Of a stretch of DNA of 64,000 nucleotides, positions 34,978-49,050 are shown piece by piece. How positions within the stretch are numbered: the first letter of the stretch is position 1; every line of letters begins with the position of its first letter. Position numbers and translations under genes: made by a program. The notes under the pieces are model-generated. The model searched no databases, was not told the origin of the DNA, and was given only the letters and a program-made list of their open reading frames with translations. Origin of the DNA: Octopus vulgaris (taxonomy: Eukaryota); NCBI GenBank assembly GCA_951406725.2, contig OX597833.1, positions 34,596,001-34,660,000 on the forward strand, written 5' to 3'.

Positions 34978-37900
34978 GGCACATCAGGGAAGACTCATGG
35001 AATAAATGGAAGAACTTGTGTGACATCATATTATCTTCAATAAAGAGAAAACATAGAATAATTGTTTTTTGTGAGGAAGTGTTGCGAGCCACAATTACTA
35101 AAGATATTGCTAAGTAAACACATAAGCTACATTTCCGTTTCTCTAAAATTCTTTAGGTGTGTAAGAAATTGGTATCATTTGTCTCCAGTGATTTCTATAA
35201 ATATTCAACTGGGTTAAATTGGTTTAACATTATATTGTCAAATCTCTGACCTAGCTATTTTGATTTTCTAATTCAGTGTACTACTTCTGGTGTTCCTTTT
35301 ATAAAGGAGCAACAATATGTTATGATCTTAGTGTTGGCATTAAAAAACCCCATTATTTTCCAGCTGTTATGGCACCAAATGTAAGATACTGGACTTCAAA
35401 CACTATGGAGCATTTTGCCCATATAAGAAGAGAAATTTATTTCTGTAAAACTTTTTCTTTAAGTTGGCAGAAAGATTACCTGATAATTTAGAAATAAAAA
35501 AGTTAATGAAAAAATAGTAAATCACTACTTTAATTACAATTTTTATTGATTTTAACCTTCATAAGAACATAATCTGGATGGTTTGAAAATTTTATTTTCT
35601 GTCATAAATTAATGTCTCAATCAAGTTGAGATGTTAAAAAAAAAGTTCTCTATATTTTCATTGAACTACTTCAGTTTTTGTATAAGAAGCATTTATTGTA
35701 GAAATACATAACATCTTCATACATTAAATTTGTTTTTCTCTGTCAATCCATGATAAAGCTACCATGTATTTTCAATTTTCAAATTTCTTATGTAAATAAG
35801 TGTTCAGGTAATAAGAACTGTGCAATAGCAATGATTAGTCTAGATTTTTATGGACCCATTTTCTGAAACAAAATCAGTTTGTATAGCATTATTTTGGAAT
35901 ACAGTATCATTTTGTACATTCATTTATTGATTCAAGAAGGACAAAAAAATAAGACACTTGGTGGAACTGCAAATCATAAATGAAGAGTACCAAATGGAAG
36001 ACTTGTAATAACAATTACTATTCATCACCTGTAAAATTATAATAAATATTAAGCCATTCTGCAAACAGCAAATATGTGTTTCTTGTTTTGTAATGCACTT
36101 CATTTGAGCACTCTTGAATGACTTGTCTTGCTATCTACTGTCTGCCAGACCCCACACTAAGCACTTCATATTATCCCTTCAACTATTCAAAAGAAACACT
36201 ATTCACATTAATCTCAGTGGGCCTGCTCAGTCCATGGGTACAGCTCCTTCTTCCAGTCCAAACCTACAAATAAGAACTGACATGGTTGTGTGGTTAAGAG
36301 TTTGCTTCACAGCCATATGGTTCTGAGCTTCATCTCATTATATAGCACTATAATTTCAGATTAACTAACTTGAGAGTGGAATTTGGTAGACAGTCCATCT
36401 TATCTGTAACTGACAATGTTTCTGTATATTTCCTGTTACAGCAGTTTGACAAATAGAGGTAGATAAAATTAGTACTTGGGTTTGCAATAATTGACTAAAA
36501 ACCTTTGAAAGTGATGGTCTATGGCTTCAGTGAGATGACAGAAAGCAACTAAAGAATTTATATTTCTGATCACTTATATTTAAATCAATTATTTATTCTA
36601 TCCTTGAATATACAATTATCTCATTTGTGATAGCCAATGTTTCAATTATTTGTTCCTGTTTATATCTGTTTTCCAATGCTTGCAGGGATTAGATAAATAT
36701 ATATTACTGAGGCGTTGGTTTACAACCAGATGCCCTTTCTGTCACTAACCCTTACCTGTTTTCTGAGTAAAGGAGCTCTTTTTTACATTTGCTAAGGCAC
36801 AGAGCCAGTGGATAATTTGTTCACAAAAGGAATTGGCAATATCACTGCTTATAGCTCGTGATAGAGAAGTGAATATGTTTAAACAGACACATGCATGAAC
36901 ATACATTTCTAGAACAGGCTTCTTAGTTTCCACTTATTAAATCCACTCACAAGACTTTGATGTATTCAAAGCAATAGTTGTAGCTTCTTGCTCCATGTTT
37001 ATGCAGTGCAACTGAACCTGGAACCACGTTGTTGCAAAGAGAACCTAACCACACAGCCTTGCTTGTGTCTATAATTACTCTCTCCTGAATCTTCCTGTAG
37101 TTACTTCCTATCATTAGTATGTGTATCATCCATACCAATTTAGTTGTTTCTCGATACCACAGCCAGTGCTCTATAGTCTTCTAGTTGAACAGAGATAATA
37201 TTGTGCATCCAACTTGATACTTAGTCCATTCCTCTCAGTTTTAAAACTATTTTCTATTGAATATGATCAGATCTTTACTACATGCACAGAAAGAAACTTG
37301 TTTCCAGCAGTGGGAACTCTCCTCAAAACCTCTTACACCTTAATGCTAATTTTAGTTGTTAGGTAAGAAAATGTTTCTATTATTGTTAAGACTCATTTGG
37401 GCACTCCATATTCAGTTTAATGTTATCCATATTGTTTACTTTAGAAAGATGTGATATATGACAATTAGTGTATTCATAGTTTACACTCTGTCAACTCTTA
37501 TTTTTGCTTTTCATGAATAAGACATTCTTGGAAAATGTTTTCAAGTCATTAAATAGCTAAAGGCAGTGAGTTGGCAGATTTTCTAATGTGCCAGACAAAA
37601 TGCTTAGTAGCTTTTCATCTGTCTTTACATTCTGAATTCTAATTCCACTGAGGTTGACTTTGCCTTTCATCCTTTTGGAGTATTGGGGTCAATGTGAGTA
37701 GCCCCTCTCTCAAAATTTCAAGCTTTGTGCCTATAATAGAAAGGATTATTTTAAATAGCCAAATCAGTAAATGTTTTGCATTCAAATTTCTATATATTCT
37801 GTAAGGTATTCTAAGATCTGGTTGGTGCAAATATGATTATACTTTGCTTAGGTCTAATAACACTTGTCCAGAATCACACTCACTCCCCAGTTTCTGCCTC

Positions 37901-40900
37901 ATGCAAAGAATATGTTATTTACCTTGTCATTACTGGTATGAATTATCATTACAGCTAATGACTGTTCTTCATTACTAGTGCATTTTTAATAGATTTTTGC
38001 GTGTATGGAGTGGCACTCTCTACTAAATAGTATTTGGTCTGGTGTATACCCATTTTCTATGTACATTGAGAATCATTTTTCCTCTTATTCAATATCTGTT
38101 GTCACAGCTGCTACTAACTATATCAATTTTAGCCCTGTTGCAGACTTGAACAGCTCTTCCAAACCAGTCATTTACAACTAGTTTATAACTCATTGAATAA
38201 TATAGATACAAAGGGGTCCTGTAGGTTAACAAATAATGCAAAATAGGGACAGGATACAAAGATTCACAACCACATGATTTGGGGGTTCCATCATGGTGAG
38301 GTAACTTGGATTTGCCAATACTGAGAATAAATGGAAAACTGTACTAAAGCTTGTGTGTATACATAAATGTTTGCAGATCTTTACATAGACAATGAGCTAT
38401 TGTTCAGTTCTTATGAAGAGTAGTGGAATAAAAATTTGAAAGATTATCTAAGGTCAGATATCCTAGGCAACAAAAAGGGTATCTAGGCATAGAATACTTC
38501 CTTAACAAGTCTCATCAAACCCAAGCCAGCATGCAGAAAAGTGAATCTAAAAATGGTGATTTGTTTGCATATTGGCTTCAAACTCTTGTCATAAGCCTAA
38601 ATGTTTTATTCTGAAGATATTTCTGTAATGATTACTATCTTTATTACTCTTCTATTAGTTCTAGACTCTCTGTAATACCCCCCTCAATATATCTTCTTCC
38701 TCTTTCTAGACATTCAAAAAGGCACTTTGTATAGTCTAATGATAATGTGATACCTCCCAAAACAGAGTATGACCTGCTTTTTAGGGGCTGAGGATCTTTC
38801 ATCAAGTATGTCAAAACTTGACATTTTCTCTTTAATTACATCCTTGATGTTTCTTAGATCCAGATCAAAGCATTTTGTGTAATCATCATGTCCTTTTTTA
38901 AAATGAGGGTTGAGGGAGATTTGGCTGCTATCTCTAGCAGGTCAAGTGACTGCATAGAGGCACAATTATCTATCTATCCTGACAGTTTTCCAATCCTAAA
39001 TCATCAGATTTTGCTGTTCTTGTAACTTTGACACACAAGCAGGCATGTCTGTGTGGCAAGAAACTTGCTCCCAAACTACATGTTTCTGGGTCTAGTTCCA
39101 CTGTGTGGCAGCCTTGTAAATAAATTTGGTAGATGTAAACTGAAGAAGCCTACCATATGTTTTTGTTTCCTGACCCCACTTCACAACCCAGTAACTTAGC
39201 AGTTTGGTAAAAGAGGCCGATGGAATAAGTAGCAGGCTTAAAAAGTACTGGGGTCAATTTGTTCAACGAAACCCTTGAAAGTGATGCCCCAGCATGGCCT
39301 CAATCCAATGTCTGAAATGAGAAAAAAACATCTACTTATCTTTTGTTGCAATATTCTTCTACATTTTTGGAAGAAGCATTCAGATACATTTTTCATTCCT
39401 TCCTAGTTAACCACATCCCTTACTGCTCAGACTGACTATGAATCAATACGAGAACATCAAAATCAAGCTTTAAAATTGTATGCCTCCTTATTTTGTCACA
39501 GTATATTCAATTTGACTATAGGGTCTCCTTGACATTGCATGATAGTTGTAAATGACTGTCATACAAGCAGTTTCATTCATTTCTCATGTTCTGCAAAAAC
39601 ATGTCTGGCCACAAGAGAAAATCTGCCTTACACTCCATCTAATGTGAAAGCATGGAAAACTGAACATTAAAACGAGATGTATATATACAAACTAACACAT
39701 ACATGTCTTTCTATGTACATCCATATTTCCATGCTTGCATGGATGGTTGTTCTCATTGCAATAATTGCTGTCACAACAGGCTGTTCTTTCTATTGCTGAA
39801 CACTGTTCTGTGAAGTAGGGAGTGTACCAGTTTTGTTATTCAGACAAATTGTCTTGCAAGGAAAGACAATCACACAATGGTCATAGTATTAAAGATTTAT
39901 ACTTTTAATCATTTGCACAGTGATCCAGTATATTGACTTTACAATCACATTTTTATATGTAGAATAATTAGCTCTTGATACTACTAATTGGGAAGTTCCA
40001 GTATTGAAGTAGCTATGTAGAAATGCAAGGCTCTGCCATTTTTAGCAATACACCAACCTGCTATTCATTATTTTATATTAGTGAGAGAATTTGTAACCAA
40101 TCCACATCATCTACCTTCTAGCATTATTATAAAGAGGCAGTTGAAAGAAGCAAGTTCAAATCCTATCAAAATCAACTTTACCTTTCATCTTTTTGGGTTA
40201 AATATAAGTACCAGTCAAATGCTGAATCAATTTAGTCACAGCCATCTTCCCCAAATACCTGGCCTTGTTCTAATAGATGCATGGACAAGGATTTAAACAG
40301 TAGGTGAAATCAAATAAGCAACAGCTAGAAACCTCCCTCATAGTTACTGCCACTATATTTGCTGAAATACTAATAATTTGACTGGAGGTTACAATTCTTT
40401 CACTTGGAAAGCACAAAAGAGTGGTACCGACCAGCTGTAAAATCATTATATCACATCCAGAAGAGACACCGGGGTGATTTAATTGATTGTGCTTATATGT
40501 AATCTCTTACCTATGTTTATTGTGATCTCATTATGCTTATTTGAGATCTCACATCTATGTTAGAAACAATTAAGGACAGAATTGTCAATATCAGAAGAAT
40601 AAAAATGCCTTGTGACATTTGTTCTGAGTTCAACTGTATTTTATTGACCCTGAAAAGATGAGACAAAGTACTAGTCAAGTACTGGGGTCAGTGTTAAAGC
40701 AACTAACCCTCTACAACTAAAAATTGCTGACCTTATGTCTAAATCGGAAATCATAATTTAAAGATGGTCAGGGTAGTTAGTAGATAGAATACCATACTAA
40801 ATACTGTTTAGTAGTTTCAGCTTCTTAGGTTTTAGTATGAAATACCTTAGTTTGACTTAATACTGAAGAGGGGTGGAAAGATAGAAAATACCAGATATTC

Positions 40901-43900
40901 TAAAGAGGTATCATGCTATATCAAAGAATTCTAGTTTGTTGTTGTTGGCCATGTAAAACAGCTTAAGAAATTATAGGCTGGTAATAAATGTAAATAAATT
41001 GCTCTGTGGACTCTGATAAGTATTCTAGTTGTTTGATCAAAGGAACTACATAAATATTGAATTCTATAACGTAATTGGCTAAGTACTCCACATACACTCG
41101 TAGCTTTAATATAATTCTCAGGTTGAATCAGCATGATACAATGTGACAAGGCTACCTCCTTTAATTTGTAGCAAGAACCACCTAAGAATTTTAGTTTCCA
41201 TCTGTTTATTTTCATTCACAAAGCTTATCCAAGGATTCATGTAGTGGAACAGAATCTGGAATCATGATTGCAAAACAAATGTTTTAACCATTTGGCACAT
41301 GTAGTACATACACTTAATTGTGTATGAATACAGTATATTTTCAAATAGAGTTTTAACTTTCCTTCAATTGACCAATTTTTCTGGTTACCTGTGATGGATA
41401 GATTTGCATCCCTTCCAAGGATAGGGTTGTCTTTCATTCCACTTAGCATCACAGAAACTAGAGTAAAACGTCATCATGAAGTACTGTGGTCGTTCTAAAA
41501 GGACTACATCCAGTCATATATTCACACACACATTTGGAATCTGAAAGTTAATACTGCAAATGAAGAACCAAAATTAGTATGAACAAACAGTTTATTTAAA
41601 TTTCATTCAAATAGATAATGGCTCAAGTGTTGTTGTCGTTAGTGGTGTGGTGGTTGCAGTAGTATTGTTGCTGTTCGTGGTCATGGTAGTGGTGGCAGCA
41701 GCACCAGTCCAGCAGAGTCCAAAGAGTTATTACTTAGGCAGTTACTGATTGGAACTTGTCTGGAATCTTCTTGCAAATTGTTTTAAATAAACAGAACAAC
41801 TGAAGATGTCCTCCATCCACCAAAAGAGGAAGGGATTCTTGACATAATATGGAAGATTGGTTGGAGATTAAAATTCCGTGTGAATCAGTGAAGTGTGAAT
41901 ATGGCTGTAAGATTAATTGGTATATTTATTAAACAAAGATGATTTCTTTTGACAAGGTACAAGACCTATTTTGCAGAAGAGATGGGGATAGGATGCTGAG
42001 CTAAAGTTAATCGAATTTATCCAAATATATTTATCATTGGTACTAATAAACCTTTCTGTTTATGGGGAGATGAAATGTAAGAGTCAATACAGGCAGAATT
42101 TTATATTGGAACCTACAACAATGAAAGTAAATACCAAATAGTATTTAGTTTGTTCTATCTACTAATTACCCCAACCAAGCTCCTTTAAATAATAATGAGG
42201 ATTTCTTAGACTGGTAACTAGGCCACAAACAAATAGAGGAGAGGAGTGGGCAACTGAATCAACTCCAGTTCAAGGTTGAATCTATTTTTATTAAGCTCCA
42301 TCTAGATTTGAACCCCAAATATAAAAGAACAGAACTTAAAAGTGAAATGTATTCCATTACTCTACCACTTCTAGCCATACTGCACCATTCATAACAACTT
42401 AGTAATACAGTTTTTTTTAACCAGGCAAAAAAAATGTGTAACCAGTTCAGAGTACTAAATATTATTATAAATAACAGCAGCCTTACCTGAATCCAAAGCA
42501 TCAGATTTATGGAGAAGGTGAATTGAGAGTGTATGATGTTCAATTTTTTAAGGCATTACAAATTTAAGTGAAATGAAATAGCAATGACTAAGAAACAAAT
42601 CCCATATTAACTTCACTAGATTTTAACATCTACTCTAACTGCATTTGCAATAATAACAACGAGACTGATGACAGTAATGATGATTTGTAATGTGTAATTG
42701 TAGGCATGAAAACCAAATGTTTTTAGAATTTGTCTTTCAAATTTTTTTCTATATTTTGCACTAAGTGAAGTAGTCTTGAATGACAAAAGAAAGTCAAAAC
42801 TAAGATCGCTAAGGACTTAACATTGCATCAGGTTAAGGCTAAGTTAAATCCACTAACAACATGTTATTAGAACTTTACTAGTATTACAAAAAAAAAAAAA
42901 AAAAAAAAGAATTCAATGACAATGGGATTTGAACTCAAGTATGTGGTACTTCTTGCCTGAAGTTTTGTTCTTTTAACTATTCTGCTCCTTAGAAATAAAG
43001 ATTTCTACATATTTTGCATAAGTACAAAATCTCAGATTTACAAGAGTAGAGAAATAAGGAAATGTGATGTGCATGCCTTTCCTAAAATATTAGAGATAAA
43101 ATGAAATGAACTGGTTACAACAAAGACATTTGCCAATAATTATAATTCCTTTTGATGAGGTACAAAAGGAATTTTTGCAACTAGAATTAACCAGTGTGCA
43201 TGTGTGTGTATATAAATACACACACACAGCTAAGAATGGGTTGACTTGAACAATGAAGCACTGAAATTTACATTCTTCAAAATATCCAATAAACAATTTC
43301 CATGGCTTATGCTGACTCTGTTGTCCTTGGTGTTCATAATAAGAAAAAAAAATGGATTTCCCTACATTGGCACAATACTACACATTGGACTTATTTTTTT
43401 CAATTCCATGAGAATGAAAGGCGAAGTTGACTTTATCAGTTGACTTTGAACTAGGTTCTTGTTTATTGATCCCTGCAAAAAGATGAAAAAGTTAACTCCA
43501 ATGAGATTTGAACTCAGAATGTAGAGACAAAACTAAATACCACAGCTGGCTCTATTGTACATTTCCTTCACCATCTCTCAGAAATTCAAAAATACTTGAT
43601 CATTTTACAGGTAGTGGTGGTGGGTAAATTATAAAAGGACAATACAAAGAAAGAATGTTGACCCCCTCCACTTTCCAGATGCACATGCAACATGCATTTG
43701 TCTGGAGGTTACTACTGGCAATATAGCCTCCCAACACCCACCCGTACCAATCCTGTTTCCACAATACTCTAAATAACTCTACCCCACACAATCCATTTAC
43801 TACTTCATGCTATCCTTGACTGATTTTTTTTTTATGAGACACAACCAAGCCAATGTTGGGAAGAGGGGGCACAGTCATTTGAACCAACACTGGTAGTACT

Positions 43901-44535
43901 ACTAGATTGTTTTGGAATTGTATTGACCTCACTAAGAAAATGAAAGGCTTATTTGATACTGGCAGAGGGCTAGTATTCAGAATGTAGAATGAGAAACAAA
44001 ATAAAAATTAAAAAAAGCCTAAATACAAAAAGGTATTTAGATGTCCTACTCTCTTCTGTCAACTGACTTTCTGCCCTTGAATAACATCAGCAAGTGGTGT
44101 CGATACTTACTGAAAACAAAATGGGGATGGGGAAAGAAAGAGATGGCCACATCCTGAAGAATGGTAGATGTTGACCTCTGTCTGAAGACAAAATTGATAG
44201 GTTTAATAGCTACATCCCCAACAATAACAAGTTAGTGGTGGTCAGACACAACAGCATGAAGAAAGAGAGTCAATACAAATTACAACAAGTCAGACTCAGA
44301 CATAGACCCTCAAGATGGTAAAGTGATGTTAGAGCAATAAGAAAGAATTTTCAGAAAACATTTTACGGTAGGTCCCGCTGGTGATCAATTTATCCTTCTA
44401 TATTGTATCAAATTCATTCCACAAACATATGAAATGGCAGGGAGGTGTGCTGTGTGCACATGTGTGTATGTATGTGTGTGTGTGCTTTTTAAAAAATGGG
44501 CAGTAGTGAGAAGGGAAGTATTTTTGAATCAGAAC

Positions 44536-45713
44536 TCATGCCTTGAAGCAAATGTCTTCCTGAGATATGACTGTTTGGTCTGATGAGGTTTGTGTTGTCG
44601 CATGATTTTGAGGGAAATGGACCTGTAAATCAGTATGAGTAAAAATGGCATTGCTATTTTCAAAGGTGACCACTTGGGTCACTTGCTGTTGTTGGTGTTG
44701 TTGCTCAATGGCAGTTGCGTAAGCATGTATGTTTTGCTCCATGGACATACCATCTTGGCTGTGGCCATCATAGCTATTGGCTTGTTCAACAATCTCGACT
44801 TTTCTTTCGATAGCTGGCATATACTCAATTGAGGGCTTTTCTTCTTGATCCACAACTCTGATGATAGGTTTCACATCTGGAACTGCCTGGCTTTGACAGT
44901 TAAGGATTGTAGTTGTTGAGGTTGGTCTGGCATTGTTGCTCTGGTTTAGCAGTGTTTTATTGCACACGTCACAGCTAATCGTTGGTATTTCAGCTCCATT
45001 TCCTGTGCTATGAGTTCGAATGTGAACAGTAAGACTGTCTGAGCGAGTGAATGTCTTACGGCAATACTCACAGCTGAAGGCAGCTATGGCAGCTACAGGG
45101 TTGCCAGAACTGTTTGCACCACCTGCAGCTGCAGCTGCTGCTGCTGCAACTGCGACTGCTACTTTATTGCTGTCACCAGCTGTTACAAGGGTAGGTGTAC
45201 TGTTAGTAGTGGTGACAAGTGTAGTATGGTTACGCAAGTGCCAATTGAGGCTGTTGGCGTTGTTGAAAGTTTCTGTGCAATACTGGCATTGGTAAGCTTT
45301 CTCAACATTGCTGTGTTTCTGGCTTTTGTGTACCAACAGCGATGCAGCATCAACAAACGTCTTCTTACAGAACTCACATATGCACAGAAGTTGCAGCTGG
45401 GTAGCATCTGTAGTGGTGATGGAACCATCAGACATGTTAACTGTGGTTGTAACACTTGTGTTGGCATGTTTCTTCCGATGTTTGGCAAGTACTCCTTGAT
45501 CAGCAAAAGCCTTGTGACATGTCTCGCAGGTATAAGGTCGGTTGTCACTGTGACTGCGAAAGTGCTGGCCTAGTTGAGACGCAAATGTAAACTTTTTCTT
45601 ACAGATGTGGCAGGAAAAAGGTTTGTCTCCAGTGTGTGACCTGATGTGTGAGGTCAAGTTGGAGGAATGAGAAAAGGATTTGGCACAGTACTTGCAGCCA
45701 TACGGCCTCTCAC
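44536..45713 (-). CDS. C2H2 zinc-finger protein, last coding exon (6 fingers plus 1 degenerate)
   Basis: T-rich tract plus CTAG acceptor on the - strand, phase 1 (G|GT-ERP). Fingers CKYC, CHIC, CETC, CEFC, CQYC and CEYC. Poly-Ala and Q/T-rich tail, TGA at 44536. Confidence 0.93.
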
Positions 45714-48559
45714 CTAGAAGAAAAAAAAAAAGGAAAAATAAATAAAATAGGAACAAAACTAATTACTAATTATTTTTCAGCTTGGTCTTTACATTATTTA
45801 TATCAATTATATAACAAGCAAAGATAAACACCATATAGAAAGTTCACACATAATTTGGTAATAAGGCATTCTTCCCATTGTCATTATGTATATGATTTCT
45901 GCCTTCTTAAATTCTACTCTGACAGATACATCACTTCTGACATCAATTTACTTGATTTTACATCTTCTCACAGGTGTCTCACAACTTTTACAAAATCATT
46001 TCAGACAATGAACTCTTATACTAATCTTTATATAGTCCTCCACCACACCATGTGTGTTCTTACAATATCATACTTTCAAAATGTACAGATCCACATTAGC
46101 CACATCATTCCCACTCATACTTTTCACTCTTCTGAGTCAAGAAAACCCACAGGCTATGAATAATACCATTTCTTTGGCATTTAACGTTCTTGCAGTGCTA
46201 TGAACAAGTTTCACAGTAAGATTCTAGTTTCCTAAACAATAAAACTCATCTTCAAATTCTGAAGGTAATCAAAATATTATTTAGGCCTATTGGTAAAGTT
46301 AAGAATTAACCCAGTGAAAATGTATTTACTGCGTAGCACCATGCAAGTAGTTGAAATAAACCATAACAAATAGTCCGTTATTGATTACTGACCAACTTTG
46401 ACCAAAGCTCAACTAAAATTATTTTCTGTTCACCGTTTTATGATTAGAAAGGACAAGTTGGGAAGACTGCTGCTGTATAAAAAGAAAATTACTAGAATTT
46501 TACTACTCTCCTTAAATATTCGACAGTTTGAAAAAACCACTCAGAATCAAGTCAACAGTCATCCTTGCCACATTATCAATATAAACATGCAGTGTTTATA
46601 TATATTCGCCAAAATATTCAGGTTTATTGTTGTAATTATTTACTGAATTTTGGCACAGGGTTGAAAATATTGCTTTTCAGCCACTAGGTTCCGTGTTCGA
46701 TCCCACTCTGCAGTACCTTAAGCAAGTGTCAATCATAACCGGCTTGACCAACGTCCTTTAAGTGAACTTTGGCAAACAGAAACTTAGCAGAACCTGGAGC
46801 ATGAGTCCATGCTTATATTTTGATTGTTTTAATCCGGAGATCAGGAAGATCAGCCAAGCAATAAAGAACTCAATGTACAATATATATTTAAAATGAACGT
46901 CCTACCTAAGTATTGATGTTTTGAATGAATTATTAGTGGAGACACGAAAGAGCCCCACAAAATAAAATAAAAAAACCCAAAGGGAGACAACTCTAACCGG
47001 GACGCAAATCAGCTCACGATAAAATGAGCACCACACTAGACACTGAGGTCGACTTAATTGATGTATAATTGCAATTCAATGATTGAATCCAAAACAATAA
47101 CAAAATTAATAGTTATATTAATTTGGGCTGCAAGATATTTTTAATGCATTTGTGTACCATAGAAGTTCATCATTTCAGTGATCCGAGATTCAAAATACAT
47201 CAAATATCACTTGTTTTATACTTTGTAATAACTCTTAACTTGCTTTAATGTTCAAACCACAGTTGCCACCACCACTCCGTTTCCACTCTAGAAAACCTGT
47301 ATATACTTAGCTCCAGTAAACTCCTATCAAATTGCATACCTATGGCTTAACCAGTAAAAATCACTACAAGTGAGATTTGAAGATTGATTTTTTTTTGATT
47401 TTTTTGTTAGCACTTTCACCAATAAATTATTTTACTAATTTACGTCAACCCTGAAAGAAAAGTTACATCTATTTTAGATGAATGCAAATCCTAAAACGAT
47501 TCAGAGAAAATAAAGGGAATAATAAGGAAAATTCTATCTGGCTTATAAAAGTGAGAAATTACAATATCCTAGGCATATTTGGGAACTCATAATTTTGATA
47601 ACACTATGATAAGCAGCTTCCACTAAAACAGTAAACACTCGGGGGAAAAAAAAATGGCAAAATCACAGAAAATGTTTAATTTCAGATCAGTCCTGATCAA
47701 GCGATTTCTTTTTCCCCAGTCATTTCCTGGGCTGGAAGAAGAGGTAGTACCCACCATAGTATTTGCAAGCTCTCCAATATCAGTGAGACTGGTTCTATCA
47801 AACACCTACAACTAAGATATGAGCAGGAAGGGAGTTTCAGAGGGCTGATGTTCAGCAGCAACACCATTCCAGATATGAGAGTAATACTCTGTTGTGAGGT
47901 TTACCTGAGCTTTGTAGTGTCAGTAAATGAGATATTTTCTGCCACTGAAAAGGACCAGTTTTTGAGAAACAGTGATGTCTGTGCTTGCACATGTCATTTT
48001 GTACCTTTGTCAACAAAGCAGTTCCCTAACCTCAACTCAAAACCTTACTCACAATGCTAATTATGTAAGTAATAATATATTATATAATCAATAGCATTCA
48101 CAATTAGCAATAAACTACTTTAATAATTCACGATTGTTCATATCATTAGTTAAACATAAAATGTAACATATGACAAGACATTATTCTCCAACAAAATCAG
48201 TTTTAAAATTCTGTGTATCAGAACAAACTATAGACTAACAAACTTTCAAGGTAGGAGGAAAATAAAAAAATACAAATTAGCTTATATATTTTCTGATTAA
48301 CAAATTTCCATTTAAATACCTCCAATAGCTGCAATATAACCTGCATTAAAACAAAGGTGGTCAAACTGATTAACAAAACTTCACTAACAAGCATACTACA
48401 ATCACTTGCTACAACTTCTATGCTGTTACCTGACCTACAACAAATAGCAACCAAATCAACAGTAAATCACATCCCACTATCTTAAATCATAACTAGAATG
48501 CTTTGATGGTAGGCCACTTTGTCAGGTTTCTCTTTCTTTCTTTGAGATTTCATTTCCTG

Positions 48560-49050
48560 GTGGAGTCATGAATTGTGACATTATGTACCAATCCTTTCCA
48601 TTTGTTGCAACCACATCTCAGAGCTTGTCATATATCCATCTTTTTCTCTTCTTGCCTTTTTGTTTTTTTTACAACAGTTTTTTAAAGAATGGCCTTTGCA
48701 AGATGACTGGATTTTGTTACATAGCCATACTATCTCAGCTTAACTTTCTTTTCTTCATCATTGCAAGGTCTTCTTGGGAGCTATTGTGGTACTGGATGTT
48801 TGACAGACCTATTCATTTGTGATGTGGCTCAAGTACAAGATACATAAGATGTTGCAGTAGTATCTCATTTTCAATGCTTGAAGATGAGAGTACCAGTATG
48901 TACAAGAGTTTGTATTTTTCATGATGATGTCTCTATTCTTCCATACTGACTTGAGTTTGGTTGGTGTAGTCTGTTCAGTAGATGCAATGATTTCTGGTCT
49001 TGATCCTTTTCCATTAATGGTTGCATCTAGGTATTTGTAGTGCTTTATTA
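48560..49050 (-). mobile_element. Old, highly decayed RTE-like LINE fragment
   Basis: The minus strand reads LQAL.MRYY.NIL.I.Y..HITNE, resembling the RTE/BovB-type post-RT region. Many stops. Confidence 0.45.

Noticed and set aside
35000-44500. Short ORFs of 60-95 aa between the two genes
   Set aside because: They have no recognisable motifs or consistent splice signals. The region reads as UTR, intergenic DNA and decayed SINE or repeat pieces.
46655-46800. tRNA-like sequence with a GTTCGATCCC B-box
   Set aside because: It continues into SINE body sequence (GCAAGTGTC...GACCAA...) and lacks a full cloverleaf. It is a SINE head, not a tRNA gene.
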